Made by a program: the position numbers and the translations under genes. From Spirochaetota bacterium (lineage in GTDB: Bacteria > Spirochaetota > UBA4802 > UBA5550), in the NCBI GenBank assembly GCA_016933025.1, contig JAFGBT010000006.1:155078-219077 (forward strand): DNA of 64,000 nt, in the 5' to 3' direction. How positions within the stretch are numbered: the stretch's first letter is position 1; each line of letters opens with the position of its first letter. Positions 25,754 to 34,049 of this stretch are shown piece by piece. Under the pieces are notes generated by a model, which was not told where the DNA came from, ran no database searches, and saw only the letters and a program-made list of their open reading frames with translations.

Positions 25754-26929
25754 TCATTTCCCTCCGTACTTCCTTATCAAGTCCTTGGCGATCAATATCC
25801 GCTGGATCTCCGACGTTCCCTCGCCGATCTCGCCAAGCTTGGCGTCGCGGTAAAGCCGCTCCACCGGGAACTCCTTGATGTACCCGTACCCGCCGTGGAC
25901 CTGGACCGCCATGCTCGAAATCTGCGTCGCCGCTTCGGAGGCCCAGACCTTGGCCACGGAGGCCAGCACGGCGGCCTCGGGGTCCTTCATCTGCTTGGCC
26001 CACGCCGCCTGATAGATGAGGAGGCGCGCCACGTCTGTCTGAATCATCATGTCCGCGATCTTGAATGAAATCTCCTGATAGCGGTTTATCGGCCTGCCGA
26101 AGGCCTTCCGCTCCTTGGAGTACTTGTTTGCCAGCTCCAGGCACTTCGCCGCGATCCCGAGGCACACGGTGGCCATGCCTATCCTGCCGTACTCGAGGGT
26201 CTGCATCGCCTGGATAAAGCCCCTCCCCACCTCGCCGAGAACGGCGCCCGCGGGCACCTCGCAATCCTCGAAGATTAGCTCTGCCGTGGGCGAGCCGCGG
26301 AAGCCCATCTTGTCGAAGGGCTTGCTCACGGAAAACCCCTTCGTGCCCTTGTCAACCAGGAAACAGGTAACGCCTGCGCCCGGCCCCTTCTCCCGGTCAT
26401 TGTAAGCGAAGACCAGTGCCACGTCCGCGATCGTCGCGTTGGTTATGAAGGTCTTGGTGCCATTGATTACCCACCGGTCCCCCTTCTTCACGGCGTTCGT
26501 CTTGATGGAGGCCGCGTCGGTGCCGGCCTCCGGCTCGGTTAGACCGAAACAACCTAAGATCTCGCCCTTGATGATGCCGGGTATATACTTCTTTTTCTGG
26601 GCCTCGCTGCCGAAGAACCGAAGCGGCATGCCGAAGAGGCCTGACGAGGCCCCGCAGGAAAGGAAAGTCGAGGCGCACGCCTTGGCAACCTCCTCCCCCG
26701 CTATCGCCTGGCTGATCAGATCAAGGTCGGTGCCGCCGTACGCCTCCTCGTGGCCCATGCCGAGATAGCCGATATCCGCGAGCTTTCTGATGTTCTCCTT
26801 GATGAGTTTGTCAACGTCATCATGGGACGCCTGGTCGAGCATCTGGGCGCGCGGCTCGATCTCCTTCACGCAGAATTTTACAAAATTTTCCTTTATTGAT
26901 AACTGCTCGGATGTCAGATCGTAATTCAT
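25754..26929 (-). CDS. acyl-CoA dehydrogenase (catalytic Glu present: IGEGTSEIQ)
   Basis: Full ACAD architecture, 391 aa. Confidence 0.9.
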   Translation of the reverse strand: MNYDLTSEQLSIKENFVKFCVKEIEPRAQMLDQASHDDVDKLIKENIRKLADIGYLGMGHEEAYGGTDLDLISQAIAGEEVAKACASTFLSCGASSGLFGMPLRFFGSEAQKKKYIPGIIKGEILGCFGLTEPEAGTDAASIKTNAVKKGDRWVINGTKTFITNATIADVALVFAYNDREKGPGAGVTCFLVDKGTKGFSVSKPFDKMGFRGSPTAELIFEDCEVPAGAVLGEVGRGFIQAMQTLEYGRIGMATVCLGIAAKCLELANKYSKERKAFGRPINRYQEISFKIADMMIQTDVARLLIYQAAWAKQMKDPEAAVLASVAKVWASEAATQISSMAVQVHGGYGYIKEFPVERLYRDAKLGEIGEGTSEIQRILIAKDLIRKYGGK

Positions 26930-26975
26930 GGTCTCATTCTCCTCTCTGCTGTTTGGTTGCCCCGCCTCTCCTGTG

Positions 26976-28127
26976 TTAGAACATGCTCAGAATCCGGGAT
27001 ATGATAAAGCGCTGGATTTCCGACGTGCCGCCGCCTATCTGCGCCAGCTTGGCGTCGCGGAGGAACCGCTCGATCGGATAATCGTGGATGTAGCCGTATC
27101 CGCCGAAGACCTGGGTCGCCTCGCTGGCGGCCTTCACGCCCCAGTCGCCGACCAGCGCCTTGGCGATGGAGGTATGCATGTGGTTAAGGGGCTTCCCTGA
27201 ATCTTTGTCGAAAGCGACACGATAGACCACCATCTTCGCCGCTTCCTTTATGATCCTGAGGTCCGCCAGCTTGTGCTGGATCGCCTGAAACGAGCCGATC
27301 GGCTTGTCGAACTGCACCCGCTCCTGCGCGTACTTCGTGCACTCCTCTATCGCGAACTGCATTCCGCCAACGAAGGGGGAGAGGAGCGAGCTCCGGTCCC
27401 AGGAGAGCGTCTCATGGGCGTACTCCATCCCCTTCCCGACCTCGCCGATCAGGTTCTCCTCCGGGACCTCGCAGTTGTCGAGGAACACCTCGGAAGTCGA
27501 CGAGGCCCGTACGCCCATTTTGTGAAACGGCTTGCCCGTGGAAAAGCCTGGGAACCCGCGCTCCACGATGAAGGCGGCGATGCCGTTATGCTTCAGCTTT
27601 TTATCGATCGTCGCGTAGACCACGCATATGTTGCAGACCGGCGCGTTGGTTATGAAGGTCTTGGAGCCGTTGAGCATCCAGCGGTCGCCCTTCTTGACCG
27701 CTGTGGTCGACATTGCGGCTGCGTCGGAACCCGACCCGGGCTCGGTGAGACCCATGCAGCCTATCCACTCGCCGCTTGCAAGCTTGGGCACGTATTTCTT
27801 TCTCTGAGAGTCGTTGCCCTGCTTGTACAATGTGTCGGTGCAGAGATAGGTGTGTGCGCCCAGCGCCAGCAGGTGCCCCTGGTCGACGCCGGCGTGGCCG
27901 AGGGCCTCCCCCGCGAGGCAGCAGGTGACGACATCCGCACCAGAGCCGCCGAGCTCTTCAGGGAACGGAAGCCCCAGAAGCCCCATCTCCCCCAGTTTGC
28001 CCCAAACTTCAGGTGAAAACTCCGACTTGAGATCGGCCTCCTCGACGAGCGGAACGATCTCCTTCTTCGCGTACCGGTACACCGTCTCTCTGAACATCAA
28101 TTGCTCTTCAGTAAACCCAAACTCCAT
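26976..28127 (-). CDS. acyl-CoA dehydrogenase-like subunit with Gly replacing the catalytic Glu (IGGGTSEIQ)
   Basis: ACAD fold; motif substitution read directly; start at the internal ATG with AGGAGG RBS. Confidence 0.85.
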   Translation of the reverse strand: MEFGFTEEQLMFRETVYRYAKKEIVPLVEEADLKSEFSPEVWGKLGEMGLLGLPFPEELGGSGADVVTCCLAGEALGHAGVDQGHLLALGAHTYLCTDTLYKQGNDSQRKKYVPKLASGEWIGCMGLTEPGSGSDAAAMSTTAVKKGDRWMLNGSKTFITNAPVCNICVVYATIDKKLKHNGIAAFIVERGFPGFSTGKPFHKMGVRASSTSEVFLDNCEVPEENLIGEVGKGMEYAHETLSWDRSSLLSPFVGGMQFAIEECTKYAQERVQFDKPIGSFQAIQHKLADLRIIKEAAKMVVYRVAFDKDSGKPLNHMHTSIAKALVGDWGVKAASEATQVFGGYGYIHDYPIERFLRDAKLAQIGGGTSEIQRFIISRILSMF

Positions 28128-28184
28128 GCGCTCCTCCTTTGTAATACGGTCCGGGACGGACAACGCGCTCCGTCACCAACCCGG

Positions 28185-28811
28185 CTATTTCTTCTTTATG
28201 ACCAGATCGTTAATATGCTTCATGATCTTTTTCACGTAATCCTCATAATTGAAGGCGTTGTTGTCTATGACGTACTGTATAATCATGCCCTGGATGATCG
28301 AGATTATCACGGCCGCCGTGTAATCCAGGTCCATCTTCATGAAGATGCCCTTGTCAATCCCCTCGTTGAGGATCTTTATGATCTCGTCCCGGTAGCTCTT
28401 GAAGAGCTTGATATTCGCCCGCTTCATCCGCTCGTTCTTGTTGACCTGGGTCCAGAAATCGATGACGATGTAGAAGTAGTCTTTCTCGTTCTTCACCAGG
28501 TCAAAGGCCTGCATCATGAAGATGTTGAGCTTCTCTCTCGGGTCTTCCGCCTTGCCAATGGCCTTGTTCAGGATGGCCGTCATGTTGGTGTTGATTTCCT
28601 TTAACAGATTAAGGAGAAGGTCCTCCTTGTTCTTGAAATAGTAGTGAACCAGGCCTGTGGACAGACCCGCCTCACGCGCGATATCGCGGATGGTGAAATC
28701 ATAATACCCCTTCTGTCCCACGACCTTATATGCTGCGCGCGTCAGCTGCCCTCGCCTCATATTCATGATGTCGCTCTTGGTTTTCTCGTTCATGGCTGCA
28801 ATCACTCCCAT
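28185..28811 (-). CDS. TetR/AcrR family transcriptional regulator
   Basis: HTH TIRDIAREAGLSTGLVHYYFKNKEDL. Confidence 0.85.
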   Translation of the reverse strand: MGVIAAMNEKTKSDIMNMRRGQLTRAAYKVVGQKGYYDFTIRDIAREAGLSTGLVHYYFKNKEDLLLNLLKEINTNMTAILNKAIGKAEDPREKLNIFMMQAFDLVKNEKDYFYIVIDFWTQVNKNERMKRANIKLFKSYRDEIIKILNEGIDKGIFMKMDLDYTAAVIISIIQGMIIQYVIDNNAFNYEDYVKKIMKHINDLVIKKK

Positions 28812-28865
28812 TCTTATTTATTCCTCTCAAACGCGCCGCTCAATCACCGGCGACAAATTTCATCA

Positions 28866-29738
28866 TCACTCAAGGACCTCGACTCCCGCGCCCTCGAGCA
28901 GGGCGGCGCGTCCGCTCCACTCGTTCTCCTGCACCCACCGGCCGTCCGATCCCGGGGGATATTCCCCGAGAAAGGCTTTCTCCTCGTTCGGCCGCGTCCC
29001 GCCTACGATGACGGCCCTTCCCGCAGCTCGCTCAACCCTGAACGGGTCGATGATAATGAAGCCTATATCATCATGCTCGAACTCTCCCCTGTTCGCATCG
29101 AGGACGCCGTGCATCCGTTCGCACACGCACTCACCGGGAGCCGCGTCGAGGAGCGTGCGCTCCCCTGAAAAAAGGGAGCGACCGGCGCAGTAACGAAGCA
29201 GGTCGTCGAAGCCGTCGGTCGCCAGAATCAGCCTGCTGTCACGGTTTGCCACTCGGTGCTCGGTGACGCCTGCGATCTCCATGCTCCTCCCCGCAAAATT
29301 CATGTCTGGCGCCGTCCGAAATTCAACGGCGCCGCCGGCAGGATCGACCAGCGTCACCACGCTGTCCCCGCCGTGTGACACGATCAGGGTCACCCCCGCT
29401 TCATCGTTCGCGAGGGCGACGCAGCTCAGGGTGGTCTTGTGCTGAAATTTCTGTTCCGAATATACCTCGCCGTTTATCAGCTCCTTCCACTCCTCCGCGG
29501 TCCCGGGCGCGCCGCTCCGGACCAGGCACTTCCACAACCGCCGCAGCAGGTCGCGCGACGCCCAGGGAAAACGCTCGGTCCCGTCCGCCACGGCGAATAC
29601 CATCCTCCCGAAATCGAGGTACAGGCAATCGCCGTTCCCGTATCCGCTCCGAATCTTTTCTGTGCCCGTTATGACCGACCCGCATGCCGCGCCTGTCTGC
29701 CTCACGATGCGCCTCGATGGACTGATCTCTATCGCCAC
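28866..29738 (-). CDS. PP2C/PPM-like phosphatase-fold protein (degenerate motifs), function unknown
   Basis: FAVADGTER, SHGGDS, LILATDGFDDLL resemble PPM motifs; weak assignment. Confidence 0.4.
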   Translation of the reverse strand: MAIEISPSRRIVRQTGAACGSVITGTEKIRSGYGNGDCLYLDFGRMVFAVADGTERFPWASRDLLRRLWKCLVRSGAPGTAEEWKELINGEVYSEQKFQHKTTLSCVALANDEAGVTLIVSHGGDSVVTLVDPAGGAVEFRTAPDMNFAGRSMEIAGVTEHRVANRDSRLILATDGFDDLLRYCAGRSLFSGERTLLDAAPGECVCERMHGVLDANRGEFEHDDIGFIIIDPFRVERAAGRAVIVGGTRPNEEKAFLGEYPPGSDGRWVQENEWSGRAALLEGAGVEVLE

Positions 29739-29751
29739 AGGCCCCCTGCCG

Positions 29752-30216
29752 TCAGTCTATGACCCTGAAAAACTCTATGTCCCGGATGCTCCCCTTCGGG
29801 TTCATTGAAAAGACCGGCTCGACACGGGCGCCGATCCTGATCTTCTTCTCGTCCTCAACGCTGATATAATGCTGGAAAAGCGTGTCCGCTCCGTCCAGCC
29901 TGATGAAGCCGTATCCGTAGGGCACGGGCTTCTGATGACCCGTCTCCGGATCAATGAACGCGAACCGGAGGATCGTAAAGGTGCCGATGACGCCTCCCGG
30001 TCCCACCTCGACCCAGTCGTTCATCTCCACAAAGCAGTCGCCGCAGACGCCGCGCGGGGGAATGTAGACCTTTTTGCATTTCGGGCACCTGATACCCATG
30101 AACCGCCGGTTGTCCCGTATCTCGGTGAAAAATTTGCTCCCGTGCATCCCGATTGAATAGGTGAAGGGCTGCACCGCGTCGCCTGACTCAATAATGATAT
30201 GATTGCTGTCTGCCAT
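29752..30216 (-). CDS. DUF35 family protein (Zn ribbon plus OB-fold)
   Basis: CPKC...CGDC ribbon; OB-fold C-terminal half; GGAGG RBS at the trimmed start. Confidence 0.8.
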   Translation of the reverse strand: MADSNHIIIESGDAVQPFTYSIGMHGSKFFTEIRDNRRFMGIRCPKCKKVYIPPRGVCGDCFVEMNDWVEVGPGGVIGTFTILRFAFIDPETGHQKPVPYGYGFIRLDGADTLFQHYISVEDEKKIRIGARVEPVFSMNPKGSIRDIEFFRVID

Positions 30217-30240
30217 GATATTTCCTCCACTTTGCTCCAA

Positions 30241-30352
30241 TCTTTTCTCTTAAGCCCCCTCCGGGCGTTGCACTGAACGGTTCAACAGGCTTGTCCTGAG
30301 CTTGCCGAAGGGCTCACCACAGGCCTGTCGAAGTGGGGTTTGGGGGGATGGT
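30241..30352. repeat. G/C-tract modular repeat copy R5
   Basis: AAGCCCCCTCCGGG ... GTGGGGTTTGGGGGGATGG modules. Confidence 0.5.
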
Positions 30353-30360
30353 TCTCAGAA

Positions 30361-31518
30361 TCATTTCGGCTTCTTCCTGCCGTGAAGTATCATGTCTGTC
30401 CACCAGCACCCGCCGAATCCTGTGCTGAAGGCGAAATTTACGTCCGGCACCTGCCGGCCCTCGGCCTTACCCATCACCTGCATCGCGGCCTCTGCGCACC
30501 GGATAAGCCCGGTCGCGCCGATCGGGTTGCAGGATATAACGCCGCCGGACGGGTTAATGGGGAGCTCACCCCCCATGTCGGTATTCCCGTCCCAGATGTA
30601 CTGCGGCGCCTCGCCCGGGCCGACGATTCCCATGTCCTCTATCCAGATGAGCCCGCCGAACGAATAGGGCTGGTACAGCTCGATCACGTCCAGCTCCTTC
30701 CGGGGCTCTTTGATGCCGGTTTTCTTCCATATCTCCTGCGCGCCCTCCCGCATGCTGGTGAGGCGGCCGTAATCGGCGTCCCCCAGGTAGGTGTAGGAGT
30801 GACGCGCCGCGGTCGCCCATATCCAATCCGGCTTCGGCGCGATCTTCTCCGCGAGTTCCCCGCTCGCCATGATGACCGCGCAGGCGCCGTCCGTGCGCGG
30901 ACAGACGTCGAGTAGATGTATCGGGTCCGCCAGCATCGGCGACGCCAGGACCTCCTCCAGAGCCACCTCCTTGCGGAGCTGGGCGTGGGGATTGTTCATC
31001 GCATGCCTGCGGTCCCGCACGCTGACGCGCGCGCCGTCCCGATCGGTCGCGCCGTACCGTGCCATGTAGGCCTGCGCCTCGGCGGCAAGGCCCGATATGG
31101 CGCCGGCAAACACCAGGCGGTCCCATATCGGATCGAACGCCGTGGTGATGGCGCCGGTCGTGTCCGACTCTGAATTCTTCTCCCAGCCGATTATCAAAAC
31201 TTTATCGAACATGCCCGACGCCACAAGATGGTACCCGCCGATCGCCACGGTGCACCCGGTCGTCCCGCCGGTCGTGAGCTTGATGATCGGCTTCATGGTC
31301 CCGCCGGAGCCGTCAACGCTCCAGCAGTCGACATAGTTTATTCCCTCGAAATGGTCCATGTTGCCAATGACGACGGCGTCGATATCCTTCATTTTCAGGT
31401 CAGCATCTTGAAGGGCGCGCACCACCGCCTCGTTTATCAGCTCCTGCCCGTTGACGTCGGGGCGATGGCTCTTATGGAACGTCTGGCCGGTTCCTACAAT
31501 CGCAACTCGTTTTCCCAT
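30361..31518 (-). CDS. SCP2-type thiolase-like protein, subfamily A (Cys present at the nucleophile position)
   Basis: TTGGTTGCTVAIGG...LVASGMFD...IGWEK; C-terminal GGVISCNPIGATG. Confidence 0.85.
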   Translation of the reverse strand: MGKRVAIVGTGQTFHKSHRPDVNGQELINEAVVRALQDADLKMKDIDAVVIGNMDHFEGINYVDCWSVDGSGGTMKPIIKLTTGGTTGCTVAIGGYHLVASGMFDKVLIIGWEKNSESDTTGAITTAFDPIWDRLVFAGAISGLAAEAQAYMARYGATDRDGARVSVRDRRHAMNNPHAQLRKEVALEEVLASPMLADPIHLLDVCPRTDGACAVIMASGELAEKIAPKPDWIWATAARHSYTYLGDADYGRLTSMREGAQEIWKKTGIKEPRKELDVIELYQPYSFGGLIWIEDMGIVGPGEAPQYIWDGNTDMGGELPINPSGGVISCNPIGATGLIRCAEAAMQVMGKAEGRQVPDVNFAFSTGFGGCWWTDMILHGRKKPK

Positions 31519-31529
31519 GGCTTCTCCTC

Positions 31530-32672
31530 CTACCTGTCCCCCAGGAGCCAGACGCAGTGCGACTGGCCGCCCAGACCGTTCACCCCGTGGACGAGGCCCG
31601 TTCTCGCCTTCTTCACCTGAAAGCCGCCCGCTTCGCCCCTGATCTGCCTGACCACGGCGGCCATGCTGTACAGACCGGCGGCGATAACCGGATGACCCGA
31701 CAGGAGCCCGCCCGAAGGATTTACCGGAAGCCTGCCGTCAATATTGTACTCCCCTTTTTCAAGATGCCTTCCCGCCGACGATTCATCGGCGAGGCCCATC
31801 TCCTCGAGCCACATGAGCTCCTGGTAGGTAAAGGCGTCGTGTATTTCAGCAACATCGATCTCCGTGCGCGGGTCTTTTATCCCCGCCATCGCGAATGCCT
31901 TCTTCGCCGCCTCGGTGAGCGACCTGGCTCGCGAAAGATCCCGGTCACCGAAGAAAAAAGAGTCGGCGCAGAGAGATACTCCCCTGATCCACACCGGCTT
32001 CTTCCTGAATTTCTTCGCAACCGACTCATGGGCAATGACAACCGCCGCGCACCCGTCTGAGACCGGCGAGCAGTCGAGCTTTCGGAGCGGATCTGCTATC
32101 ATCTCGGAATCCAGGACGTCTTTAACCGTGATATCCATGGGGAGCTGGGCGTGAGGGTTCTTGAGCGCATTGCCGTGGTTCTTCACCGACACCATCGCCG
32201 TCTGCTCGCGCGTTGTCTTCGTCCGGTGCAGGTAGGCATTCGCCTGCATCGCGCACGCGGTAATCATGTCCATACCGAGCATCCGCTCGTAGATCGGGTC
32301 GAAGGCGCAGTTCGTTATCAGGCTCGACACGCTCTCCGATCCCTTGGAATGGCCCGTCACCAGGGTTGTTTTGTACGATCCCGAGAGGCACCTTGCCATG
32401 CCGTAAAAGGCGCCGTACGTTCCGTCGCCCTCCACGCAGGAGACGTTTTTGTGCGCGGCGCCGCTCGCGTCGCCGACGGCCATGCAGGATATCGTTCGCC
32501 CGTCCCAGAAATCGCTTGATGTGGTGACGACATTGTCGATGTCGTCGATGGTCATGCCGGCGTCCTCGAGAGCCCCGTTCACGGCCTGCCATGCCATGTC
32601 GGCAAAGGTCTCACGTACCTTCCTCTTCTCGATCTTGACCGTCCCGACGCCTACTATCGCTGCTCTGTCCAT
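31530..32672 (-). CDS. SCP2-type thiolase-like protein, subfamily B
   Basis: Thiolase fold (YGMARCLSGSYKTTLVTGHSKG...NPSGGLLSGHPVIAAG); 11-nt gap to the subfamily A partner. Confidence 0.85.
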   Translation of the reverse strand: MDRAAIVGVGTVKIEKRKVRETFADMAWQAVNGALEDAGMTIDDIDNVVTTSSDFWDGRTISCMAVGDASGAAHKNVSCVEGDGTYGAFYGMARCLSGSYKTTLVTGHSKGSESVSSLITNCAFDPIYERMLGMDMITACAMQANAYLHRTKTTREQTAMVSVKNHGNALKNPHAQLPMDITVKDVLDSEMIADPLRKLDCSPVSDGCAAVVIAHESVAKKFRKKPVWIRGVSLCADSFFFGDRDLSRARSLTEAAKKAFAMAGIKDPRTEIDVAEIHDAFTYQELMWLEEMGLADESSAGRHLEKGEYNIDGRLPVNPSGGLLSGHPVIAAGLYSMAAVVRQIRGEAGGFQVKKARTGLVHGVNGLGGQSHCVWLLGDR

Positions 32673-32687
32673 GTCTGCGCTCCTTTT

Positions 32688-33155
32688 CTATCGTACCGGC
32701 CTGAAATGGGATATATCGCGGATGGTCCCCTTCCGCTCTTCGGCGAAGACCGCCTTCACGCGCATGCCGATGCTCACGTCTTCCGGCTTAACATCGCCCA
32801 GATAATGGAGCAGGGCCGTGTCCGCGCCGTCCAGCTTCACCAGCCCCCAGATGACCGGCGCCTTCAGCTCCCGGGGAATTGACGCGAATTGCCGCCGGGC
32901 GACCGTGAACGAGAGAAGCGTCCCCTCATCGGATACATCCACCCACTCGGTATCGCCGGTGAAGCAGGCCGGGCAGCTCTTGCGCGGCGGGAGATACGTC
33001 TTCCCGCAGGTCATGCATCTCGTCGCGATGATTTTCTTCTCGTCCCTGAGAGAGATGAAAAACCTGGACGCCGTGTCCCCCGCCCACCATGAATAGGGGA
33101 TATTGATCATGCTCTCGTATACCATCGGCTCAATGCCCTTGAATTGGTCTGTCAT
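32688..33155 (-). CDS. DUF35 family protein (Zn ribbon plus OB-fold)
   Basis: CMTC...CPAC ribbon; OB-fold. Confidence 0.8.
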   Translation of the reverse strand: MTDQFKGIEPMVYESMINIPYSWWAGDTASRFFISLRDEKKIIATRCMTCGKTYLPPRKSCPACFTGDTEWVDVSDEGTLLSFTVARRQFASIPRELKAPVIWGLVKLDGADTALLHYLGDVKPEDVSIGMRVKAVFAEERKGTIRDISHFRPVR

Positions 33156-33175
33156 GATGATTCTCCTTGTAATAC

Positions 33176-33272
33176 CTCACCCCCTTCCCCCTCTCCTCAA
33201 AGGAGAGGGGGAGAAGAAGAATATCGCATTCTTCTCCTCCCCTTCTTCCTGTGGGAGAAGGGGCCGGGGGAT
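33176..33272. repeat. G/C-tract modular repeat copy R6 (CCCTCTCCT CAAA GGAGAGGG and CCCCTTCTTCC TGTG GGAGAAGGGG hairpins)
   Basis: Read directly; same module style as R2 and R7. Confidence 0.5.
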
Positions 33273-33277
33273 GATGT

Positions 33278-34048
33278 CTATCTTCCTATAATATACCGGT
33301 GCGGGTCCACCTGCTCGCGGAGGATCCGCAGTTCATCCGCGTGCGGGGGCTCGGTATCCGTGAGCCTGTCGGCCCACATCAGCTCGAACCCGCAGTTCGC
33401 CTGGATGTCCTCCCGGTCATAGCCGGGATTGACGCTCAGAACCTTCATCCGCTTCGATATCTCATCGAACCCCATGATCGCCATGTTGGTGATGATCCGG
33501 TAGGGCCCGGTACCCTTCGGCAATCCCGCCTCGTAGCGGGAATTCCCGCCCTGCAGATAACCGGGCGAGGTGATGAAATCGCACTTTTCGGTGAATCGCT
33601 TGGCGTCCTGCGGGGTCATCATCATGGTCCTCCAGCAGAGGGAGGCCAGGTCGTTCGCCCCGCCCGATCCCGGAAAGCGGACCTTCGGCCTCGCGTGGTT
33701 ATCGCCGATCATCGTCGAGTTGATGTTGCCGTACATGTCGATCTGCGCGCCGCCCAGGAAGGTGTAGTCCACCATCCCGCGCTGGCATGTCTCCATCACG
33801 TCCGGCATGGAGCTGGCGAGTATCGCCTTGTGAAAGGTCCGCGAATCGCCGACGGATATCGGCATCGAGGGCAAAAACGGCGCCACGCCGCCCGCCTCGA
33901 ACATGATGGTGAGATTGGGCGAATGCGTCTTCTGCGCCAGCATAGCGGCCGCGCACGGGGCGCCGGTGCCGACCACGACCGTCGCGCCGTCCTCCAGGTT
34001 GCGCGCCGCAACGCATATCATCAATTCCATAGGGTTATAGTCTGCCAT
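33278..34048 (-). CDS. CoA-transferase subunit B (glutaconate/3-oxoacid CoA-transferase family)
   Basis: Family I CoA-transferase beta-subunit conservation (GGAQIDMYGNIN, SGGANDLAS). Confidence 0.8.
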   Translation of the reverse strand: MADYNPMELMICVAARNLEDGATVVVGTGAPCAAAMLAQKTHSPNLTIMFEAGGVAPFLPSMPISVGDSRTFHKAILASSMPDVMETCQRGMVDYTFLGGAQIDMYGNINSTMIGDNHARPKVRFPGSGGANDLASLCWRTMMMTPQDAKRFTEKCDFITSPGYLQGGNSRYEAGLPKGTGPYRIITNMAIMGFDEISKRMKVLSVNPGYDREDIQANCGFELMWADRLTDTEPPHADELRILREQVDPHRYIIGR

Positions 34049-34049
34049 C

